DNA of 64,000 nucleotides, taken from contig NC_042997.1 of NCBI RefSeq assembly GCF_006345805.1, positions 95,604,001-95,668,000 of the forward strand. The letters are read 5' to 3'. Below the pieces are notes generated by a model. That model saw only the letters and a list, made by a program, of their open reading frames with translations. It had not been told where the DNA came from and made no database searches. The stretch comes from Octopus sinensis (taxonomy: Eukaryota). The position numbers and the translations under genes were made by a program. This document shows, in pieces, positions 53,248 through 64,000 of the stretch. Position 1 is the first letter of the stretch. The number at the start of each line of letters is the position of its first letter.

Positions 53248-55461
53248 GGAGAGAGAGAGGGGGAGAGTGAGAGAGACAGAGACAGACTGAGAAATGGTGA
53301 TGTTAAGGCATTGGAATGGTAAAACATAAACACAATTGTTCTTGCCAATTTGTCTTTGTACATGTGAATGGCAGGGCATCGTTAGTCATGGTATTTCCCC
53401 GCATTCCGCACTACCTGTGAGGGAAGAAGCTGGACTTTCTTTCCAATGGAATTCATCTTGCAGAAGAATAAATCGACCAGCTTATCCAACTGGTTACTTA
53501 TGACTCGGCGCAAAACCTAAATATTAGGCGAGATTATAATACATAGGTGATATATGCGTTAGTCAACTTTGTCTAGGAATCCGAAATAGCTTCGTATCAA
53601 GACACGTATATGTGCAAATGTCATTCTGTACTTCTTTTGTTCTGGTTTCTTTCTAAATGAACATTGGAATGAAGTAGAATTTTAGGATCTGAACCTGACC
53701 CTCGACTCAGCAGTAGGTATTAGCCAAACTCCAATAATACTATTATGTACAAAACGTGATAACGAAAATAAAATCCTCGTCTCGATCTCAAAAATCTGCA
53801 TTAATTCCATTATATAACCAAAATAGATACAACCCGCAATTTATGAATGACATTTTAGATTCATGAATATAGATCACACAGAGACTGTTTAGGCAGAAAC
53901 ACATAACTAAAATTTCCAAACGTCAATAATTATATGACAAAATGACACAATACTCTAAACGTTATTGATTCTACATGCTTCCCACTGATATTACCGCTGT
54001 TGATCCCCTTTATCTTTCCCTTTCTTTATTCTTAGAGCCTCTCCTCTTCTCTTATACGTTTCCTCATTTCATTCCCTTACAGAGTTCCTTCTCTCAACTA
54101 CCGCTATTGGATTTTATTAATTAGAAATGCATAACTACGAAGTATTTCTGTTTCTTACCGCCTTCATTTCTCTTAGCGTTTCACTTTCTCTAACTTTGTC
54201 ACGCTTCCTACCTTTTATCCTCATCGAGGCGTGTTTTGAACGTATTAATATTGTTGCTCTTGTCTTTCTATTTCTTTCTTACAATTGTTGATAGTAGAAG
54301 ACTGAGTTTTCACGTATGTGAAACGACTGTTAATCTCAGTGTCTGCTAATGCTACGAAAACCAGAAAAAAAAGGCAGCAAAGGTATCGTTGTTGCTGTGA
54401 CTCTTGCTGCAAGAACAGGAACAAACCACAAATAGCAGCCAAAATAAGGAAAAACAGTGAAAAATAACAAAAATTAACAAGTACCGTGCCAATGTCAACA
54501 ATAACACAGACATCAACAAAGATGACAGCACGTAATATTGCAGCAGAAACTATGGAAACAAAAATAGCAGTATCGCCAACAACATCAATATCAATTTCAG
54601 CAACAGCGTACGAATGTGGTGGCGGAAAATAATGACTATAACAAAATAATCGCAATCCAAGAGATGTGTGAATATGGGATGCTTCTACCCGGCAACTATT
54701 TCCTCTCCTAAATGCAAAATGCACATAAGGAATCATGTTGTTGCTCATGCCCACGTCTGAATTACTCGATCATAAAACTTGGGAGTAGGAAGTAAGGGGT
54801 AGGGTAAGAAAAGCAAGACATTATCATTAATAAAACAACTGAGAAACCAAAATCGGTAGGGAAACAGAGAACACAAATCAACAGCAACATCATTTCTATC
54901 CCAACGAAAATTAAATCCATAACAACAAATACAGCATCACTATCACCATCTTCACTATTAGCATCAAGAAGAAAATACATGAAAAACAGCGAAAAACGAA
55001 AGAAAATTTGGCAAAAGCACAAACCCCATAAATAATACCATCTAAATACACATCACCACCCACAACAGCTACAAATTATAACAGATTTGAAATTTGTTCA
55101 TGTCAGAAGAACAAATTGAGAAGTCCCGTCTAACATATTCAAAACTGGAAATATACAAACAAAACTGGAATTTTACAATAAATGTGTAGTGAAATTACTT
55201 GAAGACCCGAAATTGTTAAGGTCCATTAGATAGATATGACAATTCGAGAATGTTTCCCACATGGCGTTTGGCAGCCCAGCGTAACATCTTCAACCATACT
55301 TCTTCAGTCTTATCCAAATAACCTCAGGTGGAGAAGGAATTTTGACTCTCTCGATTACCTAGAGAAAAAATATTAAGGATTTGACTCTCTTTTGTTTGCC
55401 GTCTTTCCTATGAATTAGCGAGTTGAATAAATGCACGTAACCGGAGTGATTACTCTAGATG

Positions 55462-57027
55462 CATATCTATTTTTTACATCCATATATCACTTTCCGACAC
55501 GTCCCCCCCACCTCCTGTCTGCAAGATTTATTATTCTTGCACAATACTTTGGGTTGCTTGATGTTGAATTGATGCCCATTTACAAGGCAAGAATTTTCGA
55601 CTCCCGTATTATAGTCTATTTTACGTATCCAACATACACGTCATTCTGAACCCCTAGCTTGGAATGGAATGCAGAATAGTAATATTGCTTCGAAAAGATT
55701 TAGGCATTTTGATATAGTCGCTTTTTAGGATTAACTCTACAGATATATAGAGTCAATCTTGCTAGAGTTGCACAATGTGTTGGTGATTCTGAACGCGAAC
55801 AGTAGTAGAAGTTATTTGATCAAGAGTCTGGAAATTTTACCTCGAAGTATCTCGCTCTTTAGTCTTCGCGAGGTTTTGGAATGCCATTTTGGATTAACTT
55901 TTCTATTCTGTGGGAATAGCTGATTTGGGAGATTGGTGTAAGAGCTCACAAACTTGCTCAGAAATTTCCAAATGCATGCAAGTACCGAATGGATAATTTG
56001 GATGCGCTAAAACAGACACAGGCAAACAACATTGTATCAAGGTAGATTACTCTGTAGCGCAGTAGATAAAGATAGTAGGGGAGGTCCAGAATTCAAAGTC
56101 GCAGGTTAGTGATCGACATTAACAACATATCTAAACTGTATAGAAAGTTGACTGATTACTTAAAACTGAATTCTTCTTCCCCAGTGCGCCAACCTTCCAG
56201 AGACTTGACTTACTCTTCAAATATCTGAAGGCTTCCCTTATCAGACAATCCGTTTACTGTTAATACCTACTGCTTGGTTGCGTTAGCATGCCCTCACCTC
56301 TGATCTGGAGACATGAATAAACGCTACAATATCGACGTCGCTTCCTTTACGGTATGTAGGCATTGTCGTCATTTGTCGGATTCACTTTTTCTTCAAGTTG
56401 TCTCTTTCATAGTGTTGCAAACTTGGGTCTAGCGTAGACCTAGCTAGAGCGCCTGATACCTAGAGCGCTGTTAAGCGCTCATTGCCTGCTAGCCGGACAA
56501 TGGGATTGAGACACGCGTAGATCGACAAAAAAGTCCGTGATATTCGTCTGCGATTTGGAAGTAGTGTTTAGTTTCATGTATGTTTTATATAACATTGATA
56601 TAATTAATGATTTGTTCTTTGCACTTGTAATCGTGTAGAACATTTATTTTCGCGCACAGCGATAGATAGAAAATTAGTAGGAATAGGATTGTATCTGAAC
56701 AGCAGTTATTGCGTTAGTGCTACTTTTATCATTTAGTTATCATTTAATGTTATTGAGCTTTTCTATTCGAAAATGTCATAAAAGATATATTGTCTTAGTA
56801 CACTTTATACTGATTTACTTCTGATTTACTTATATTCAATGTTTGCAATAACTGGGTGTGATAAGCTATAAAACTTTGTTTGGTAATCAATCCTTGTGAT
56901 GCTTAAATTTGTTTCTTCTTTTGGTGTCTTTAATTATTCCTCGGATTACCACATATCTATTTTTTACATCCATATATCACTTTCCGACACGTCCCCCCCA
57001 CCTCCTGTCTGCAAGATTTATTATTCT
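55462..57027. repeat. Identical 76-bp direct repeat (55462-55537 and 56952-57027)
   Basis: CATATCTATTTTTTACATCC...CTGCAAGATTTATTATTCT occurs twice with no difference seen. Confidence 0.95.
55560..56450 (-). mobile_element. Heavily decayed Gypsy-like pol (RNase H to integrase start)
   Basis: Minus-strand remnant ELILKSDYIKMPKSFR..I (LILKG.RIVIP-like), plus weaker NQ.FLY and ..DH*P RNase H-like traces; many stops and frameshifts. Confidence 0.5.
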
Positions 57028-58379
57028 ATAAGAGACCGGACAAGCTGTTGAAGAAAATAAATGTTCTAAACTTGCACATTATTGGTAAACAGGCATCTAA
57101 TATATGACTTTCGAAACCTAGTAATGTCATTTCAAGTAAAATATATTTTAACTTATTATAACCAGAAAGAAGTTAAACCAATTGTCTTGGAGGAATAAAT
57201 GTAGATTGAGCAATATGCTCTATAGAGTTCAAATCCCACCAAGTTGGATATGAAAGCCGTAGTGCAACAGATCCGAACTGCAATTTTATGATTGCCTGTT
57301 TTTTTTTGTCTCAAATATATGTGTGGTCTTTGTAAAATAAGTACCTCTTAAATAATTGCGTTAAATTAATCGAGAGTTCACTCGATTGTAAGTGAATGTC
57401 CCTATAGTAGAAGGAACAACAACGACAACAAATTTAAAATACATATTAAGAGTTACAACAACAAAAAACAAACGTAATACCCATACACGCCCAAAACTAC
57501 ATAGTCTGTTATGCCTAACTACTACCTACAAAGACTTAGCTGCAATAATATTACGTCGAGGACATCTAGGAAAATACTTCTTTTCAGACAAGTAAAAGGG
57601 ATACAGGAAAAGGTAGTAGAAATATCTCAACATTCGTGGAAAGCCCAGAAATTAAAGAGGGATCATTGCTACACAGGATCAATGCCTATTTTCCAAAACG
57701 TCTTGAATGCATTCAATGAAGCAGAATATAGTGACTTCATAATCTCTGGAGATGGGAAAGAGCCTATTAACCCTGCTTTCTCTGGATAACTAGTCCTAGT
57801 CGTTGAAAAGTATATCTACTATAATACAACTAGTATGAAATATCAGTAACAGAATTCGGTTAGGCATATGCCAGAGATGTTGTCCGAGAATAACAAAGCA
57901 ACCATGCCGTGATAAATAACAATACAAACAGAAAAGGGAGATCAAGGCTATTTCACTGCTTCTTGTTGAGAAAACCCACCTACCAGTCTACGTAACAGTC
58001 CCAATCAAATATAATGCATTTCGCAAAGAAATAAGGGAATTATCACAATACTAAGATGTAGACAGAAAAAAAATGACGTAAGAATACGTGCATTGGATAA
58101 ATAAAAGTACATGGTAAGATCGATATCCGAAAATCCAGTATGTAAAAATATGAATGATATTCAGTAAAGACTGGATTTATAAGTACTACAGACACATGAG
58201 GCATTTTTATTGGAGTAACGAAGGTACTCGAACATTCGGTAGAGGGTTGAGAGAAGGCTTGCAAAAGAGAAATAAGATCACTGAATATAAAGAATAGTAA
58301 CTATGATGATGATGATGATGACGATGATGATAATAACGATAATAATATTATAACATTAATAATAATAATAGTAATAATA

Positions 58380-58446
<67 letters not shown>

Positions 58447-59489
58447 CAGGCAATGGCTATCATGGCTTTTCATCTTAATTGATTGGAAGTGTTATCATCC
58501 ATAGTTCTAAAAATTATCTTTGTTGTGCAACTTCGTTCGCATTCCGTATTACATCCACATCTCAGAATAGCTCTTGGTATATTTTTGTAGGGTTCTGAGG
58601 TAGGTCGTTTTAACCGGTATATCCATGCAGAACCTCATCAACTACACCTTATATATGGTCACTTAGACGCGTACCATATGTGCCTCTTCTGCTGCAAAGG
58701 TGACAGCACGCCAGTTGACAATGCTACCACAAATATTCTGCGTCATTTCATGTACTGTGGCACAAGTTAATGGGTGTAAGCACACGAACTAAGACAACTT
58801 TCACGTTTTGTGGTAGGTCGAATGCTCCAATATCCATATCCGTTATCAAAAAAGTAAACATGACTGTATAGCTATTTCTAGCTTCCTTGTACAGCAGAAA
58901 TGAATTTCCATCCCCCTTATCTGTTATTCCATAATATTACTTCCATTAACGAAATAGCATCGCCACGTTATTTATTTATATATTAACTTTTTTCTTGGTG
59001 ATTTATTTTCTTCAGCAGATGCGCAATGCATGATACATTTCCTTAGCTAGCGCTACCCTCAGTAATAAAGTGCTTGTTAATGTTTGCGTTTGTGTTATGT
59101 ACATTAATATATTAATGACCTCAGGTGCAAAAATGACGTTATTTAGTGTGATGTGTTCATATCTGCCTTTGTTAAAATTTTGTTTTCTTTTTCAGCTTGT
59201 ACTCAATACTATATTCATTAATGCTTTTCTCCGCGGCTTGTTCACTCTTCTAAACCAAGAAATCGTAATGAAATACATTATAATACGTCTAGAAAAAATA
59301 GAAAGAAAAGAGAAATTTTACAACTACTCCTATGGGTGCAAAAGGCCATGTCGTCCAATATCCTACGTTTGCCACACGAAAGAGTATTGAAAAGGAGAAG
59401 TCATCAAGTAAAACGTAATAATAATGCAAGTTCTTCAGGGCTATCAGGAAGAAAACACAATTATAACAATAACTATAGTTCCTTCACAT

Positions 59490-59683
59490 TTTGGCACAGC
59501 AACTGCTGTTTTAGAAGAAGCTGGTTAGTGGATTATATGGAATCTACTGCTCAGCTGGTAGTTGTTTTATCGATGCCAAAAGGATAGAAGGAAAAGTCGA
59601 CAAAGGTTGAATTTAAACGCAAGACGTAAAGAGCCGGAAGTAAATTCGCTAAATATTTTGTCCGGCATTCTACCGATTCAGCT
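59490..59683 (-). mobile_element. Degenerate SINE family C
   Basis: TTTTATCGATGCCAAAAGGATAGAAGGAAAAGTCGAC...GAATTTAAACGCAAGACGTAAAG...CTACCGATTCAGC. Confidence 0.65.
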
Positions 59684-59694
59684 GTTATGTACCA

Positions 59695-60262
59695 AGATTC
59701 TGATAAGAGAAATACTGCATCCAACTTTAAATCAATAGCATACCTTCCGGAAATGTGTACACTAATTTCAAGTGCTTTGGCCGTTGAAATGTACAGATAC
59801 TTGGAAAAAGTCGGCTGCTACCTATTGAACAGAAAAGGTCCCGAAAATGGAGCTGGGGAACGAACGATAAGCTCTTAATTGATAATCTAATTATCAGGAA
59901 CTTGCCCAAAACCACTACATGGTGTAGTGACGACCAGGTAGCGAAAGTACTGCATTGGAAACTGTGCGAAAAGTGGGAGCTAGAGAGAGGCAAGACGTGG
60001 TACGAGCAAAGATTGCAGAGAGTAGAAGAGTTGGAGACAAGCAAAACCCTCTGAGATGTCCCAATCCAAACAGATCAGGTGCTCGAACATACCAGATCGG
60101 ACCTAGTGTTGGTGGACAAGATTCACCACATATGCTATATAGTTGATATTGCATGCCACTTTGACACAAGAATAGTCAAGAAGGAAAACGAAGAGATAGA
60201 TAAATACAACACTCTTAAGTACGAAATAGCCCGGCTATCGAAAATGAAGAAGGTGAAGAGAG
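59695..60262 (+). mobile_element. Internally deleted R4/Dong-like (RLE) non-LTR element
   Basis: RT start NFKSIAYLPEM..LIS..LA; DQVAKVLHWKLCEK; RLE motif RSDLVLVDK...CYIVDIACHFD..IVKKE.E...KY..LKYEIARL. Confidence 0.8.
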
Positions 60263-62089
60263 TGCATTTGATGACCTTTTGATGACCTTTCATTTGATGA
60301 CCTTTCATTTTCTTCTGCTCGTTCGCTTTTCCTTGTTTTCCACTCTGTGTCTCCTCTCCACTTCCCTTTCTTTTCTTCCTAGGAATTTTTGGTGGTGAGT
60401 CCGTGTTACTGTATACTGTTCTTCCATTTTTTGCTCCTCTACGGTTGAACTCTCTTCTTCTTGATGTTCCTTCTCTTTCTCCTCGTCTTCGTGTTTCTAG
60501 GGACACTGAACTTTCAAGTGTCCCCTTACTCCACGTTGAGAGCATACAAGAGGTATTCCTTCCACTACAATTCTCAACCTCGTCTTGTCCGGCAACACCA
60601 ATTTTGTGGAGGTTTGGTAAACTGATATGAACCGATACCTCCAGTCAGTATTCCCAGTAGTTCACCTCCATAGTTCTTGTAATCTTCACAGTTTTGGTGT
60701 CCTTCTTTGCATTATAGCTGCCACCAGACACGCCTTGTTAATTTCTGGGGCTACACTACCAATCTTTAGTCTGGCCGCACGTTTGTTACATTAGGTTGGT
60801 AGTAGTACACACTCAGTTGATCTCAAAGCACAGTGAAGTGTTTTATCACTTCTTCTTCCCTCACGAAGCGTACCTCAACTGTGCCGTGTTTCTTTCCTCT
60901 GGTGTAGGATTTTTGACGTCTCTCAAGCCCTCTTCGACCGCCTCCACTGCTGCTATTTTCCCTCTTTTTGTTGGAATAGACAGCTTTCTGTATATTATTA
61001 TCTTTCTCTCTGTTTTTTTTTCTATAACTTCCATAGGAGGCGTTCGTTGAACTTCTTGAAATCCGTTTCGTTCAATTGAACTTCAACGGTTAGACTTTTC
61101 CCAGTCACTGCAGTGTAACTGCCTGCTGGTACAGATTTACTTTCCTTAATATTATCCACAACTTCACCCACAAATGGGGAAGAAAGATAAAAGTTCAGGT
61201 AACAATAAATTCAACAATTCAGTAATATAGCAATGTAACAATAACAAGACTCACATGGGGCGAACACACATCAAATGCAACAGGAAATCAAATGACTCGG
61301 CACAACACCAACGTCCTTATTTCTTTAATTAGGCGCAAGGCCTCATAGAGAAGGGACAACACAAAAGACAGACAAAACAATACATTGGGGTACATAAAGA
61401 TATATAACGAATGAATTATGAATATAAATGAAAATGAAGATAGAATGACATACATACCGCCCGTAAGCAAAGTTTCATTTTACTTTTTTAAAATAAATTG
61501 TGTACTTATCAGTCTTGTATCTTGTTAGTTTTCCTTTCGTTTAAAAATTCACAAACGAGAGTACTTAAAATGAAAACGACCGCTCTCAAAAATTAAGTAA
61601 ATATACCAGAAATTTCACCCAGAATCCTATTCCGGTACCTGGTCTATCCCCATGGTAGTCATGGAATGTGAAAGGGGATGTAGAAAATTTAGTAACAGTA
61701 GTTTATTTCCATCTATTACAAGACAAAATTTAGCAAATCCACCATTCAAAATAGTTTCAAAGGTGGATGTTTAAATGAATAGCATGAGACCTTTTGGTGT
61801 TCTCTTCTCTTAAATTCTGGTTTTCCTTTAGTATTCCTGTTGTTCCAGATCGATGTATGTATATATATATGTAAGTATACTGTAAAATTCTAATATGTAT
61901 GTATAATACATAATATATATATATATATTATAAAAATATGTTAGTGTTATTTAATTTCTGAACGGTTCTGCTGCCGTTTGTTTATGTAGTTTTTTAATAA
62001 GATAGAGACATGAGTAAAATTAATAATAGAGAAACGAAAATAAAATTTTAGAAACAGCCTAAAGGGAGATAATTGAAAAAGACTTGTAA

Positions 62090-62325
62090 GTCAACGTAGG
62101 ATCGTAATTATGGAAAGTAAAATAAATATAACAAGTAATCCAGAATCCTTGTCCCGTACCACATCAGTTTCCAAATATAACCAGTTCGTGCCAGTTACGA
62201 GGGCAAACATCCTTGAAAGTTTCATCCGAATCAATCCAGCGGTTCTTGAGATATTTTGTCCACGGTCAAACAAACTAACAAATATAACTGAAACAATACC
62301 TACGCCTTCGCTAAGGCCGAGGTAA
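62090..62325. mobile_element. Short non-autonomous element, Helentron/HINE-like
   Basis: AAAGTTTCATCCGAATCAATCCAGCGGTTCTTGAGATAT and terminal hairpin ACCTACGCCTTCGCTAAGGCCGAGGT, followed by (AAT)n; family assignment from memory. Confidence 0.4.
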
Positions 62326-62556
62326 TAATAATAATAATAATAACAACAACAACAACAATAATAATAATAATGATAACAATAATGATAATAATGATGATGA
62401 TGATGATGTCCCTTAGTGGCGCACAGTATGTGCCTCTCTGATCACGAGCAGGAGTAGAAGGGGAGCATCATGGTCATTTGTTGAGAGGCATTATTTGGGG
62501 TTTGAATAATTCGCCTCTGAAAACAAGGGTGTTTCGTTCAAGGGTGGGTGTCAAAT

Positions 62557-62737
62557 TTGGCACAAGGCCAGCAATTTCAGGGGAGGGTATAATTCGATTC
62601 CATGGATCCCTAGTTCCTAATTTGTACTTATTTCATCACTCCGAAAGAATAAAAGGCAAAGTCGACCTCGGTGGAATTTCAGCTCAGAACATAAAGACGG
62701 ACGAAATATCTATAAGCAGCTTGCCCGGCGTGCTAAC
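62557..62737 (-). mobile_element. SINE family C
   Basis: GGCACAAGGCCAGCAATTT...AAAGGCAAAGTCGACCTCGGTGGAATTTCAGCTCAGAAC...CCCGGCGTGCTAAC, reverse complement of the 48148 type. Confidence 0.75.
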
Positions 62738-63240
62738 CTAAATAGTAATAATGATAAACCTAACGATGATATTGACGTCTATGTTAATGATGACGGTGGT
62801 CGTGATAGTGGTGGTGGTGATGGTGGTGATAATGATGATGATGATGATGATGATGGGTGTGATCCCTTACAGAATAAAAGCAATACACCATTGTTTTAGA
62901 ACTTTATCTGTATTTGTCAACAATCGTTGGTGAATTAGACGCAGTAAAATGAATGCAAGTAATTCAATAAAAACATATGGCCTGAGAAAAGATAGCAAGA
63001 AAATTGGTTTGAGTAAGTAGTTAACTGAATCTTCATCAATAAAATATTTCCAGCAACATATGTTTACTCGACTCACACTTCAGGAAGGCAATAACTGTTT
63101 TCATTTATTTCCAATCAAATGTGAGTTTGAAACGCTGAAGAATCAGCACGTAGATAATGTAACACAAGCGTAGAAATGTATGCAAACACAGACAGGCAGA
63201 TAGACACACGTCCATATAAACGCACACACATACATACGCA

Positions 63241-63310
<70 letters not shown>

Positions 63311-63370
63311 TCGCCTTGATAGATCGTTAGCTACAACAGATTTTTTTCTTTCCTTGTTTTTTCTGTGTCC

Positions 63371-63406
63371 CTTTCTGTAGAAGAGCGTAGGCTCGAAACG
63401 TAAAAG
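63371..63406 (+). ncRNA. Minimal hammerhead-like motif (CTGTAGA core) in short repeat 63320-63497
   Basis: CTTT-CTGTAGA-A-GAGC(gtag)GCTC-GAA-ACGT-A-AAAG; A6 replaced by T. Confidence 0.55.
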
Positions 63407-63675
63407 ACTTTTTCTATTCCTAAGCGTTATACTAATACATCTGTTTGTTTTGTACACCACCTGTCTTCGTCTTTTGTTTTTTTCGTAAACTCTCCCTATA
63501 TATATATATGTGTGTGTGTGTGTGCGTGTGTGTGAATGTATACATAAACAATGTATGGCTGATTAGTTCACAGGTGATCTAAACGATTAGGTACGCTAGG
63601 TAAGTGGCGTAACGGAATACTAGGGCTCCAAGTTTATGGAGCCACTGCAGATTCCGATGCAGCGGATATATACAT

Positions 63676-63717
<42 letters not shown>

Positions 63718-63720
<3 letters not shown>

Positions 63721-63905
63721 TTTTCAGTCATTTCACTGCGGCCGTTCTGGAGTACCACCTGTAGTCGAACAAATCGACCCCAGGACTTATAATTTATAAG
63801 CCTAGTACTTATTCTATTGGCCTCTTCTGCTGAATCGCCAAGTTACGGGGACGTAAACATACTAATATCAGTTGTCAAGCGATGGTAGGGGTACAAACAG
63901 ACACA
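63718..63905 (-). mobile_element. SINE family A, 3' half
   Basis: TTTCAGTCATTTCACTGCGGCC...AAGTTACGGGGACGTAAAC...GTTGTCAAGCGATGG, then (CA)n(TA)n. Confidence 0.8.
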
Positions 63906-63920
63906 CAGACAGACAGACAG

Positions 63921-64000
<80 letters not shown>

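Noticed and set aside
54245-55022. Hydrophobic minus-strand ORFs suggesting a membrane protein
   Set aside because: Explained by A/C-rich low-complexity sequence (decayed AAC/AGC repeats); no recognisable motif.
57480-58200. Possible L1/Tx1 endonuclease remnant (DFIISGD, NHAV)
   Set aside because: Only isolated short motifs; cannot be supported without a profile search.
60310-61160. Possible minus-strand LINE N-terminal region
   Set aside because: Coding-like composition but no motif I can identify.

Overview
AT-rich, repeat-saturated eukaryotic non-coding DNA (intergenic or a very large intron). The tRNA-derived SINE families, dense (TA)n/(TG)n/(TCTA)n microsatellites and element mix strongly resemble an octopus/coleoid cephalopod genome (inference from recognition, no database search). 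I see no intact host protein-coding exon, rRNA, real tRNA gene or CRISPR array; most ORF-track entries are microsatellite translations. Recognisable content: at least 4 SINE families, 6-7 Tc1/mariner elements (one near full length, 51896-53174), three copies of a non-autonomous Helitron, RTE and R4/Dong-like LINE fragments, a decayed Gypsy pol, and several Penelope-like element (PLE) remnants. The most interesting signal is a set of minimal type I hammerhead ribozyme (HHR) motifs from several unrelated short repeat families next to (TA)n tracts. They include non-canonical cores, notably a G3:C8 swapped core at 33475-33525. Six asymmetric fold-back structures occur alongside them and look like products of PLE-type retrotransposition. 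All coordinates were read by eye, so edges of decayed elements are approximate.
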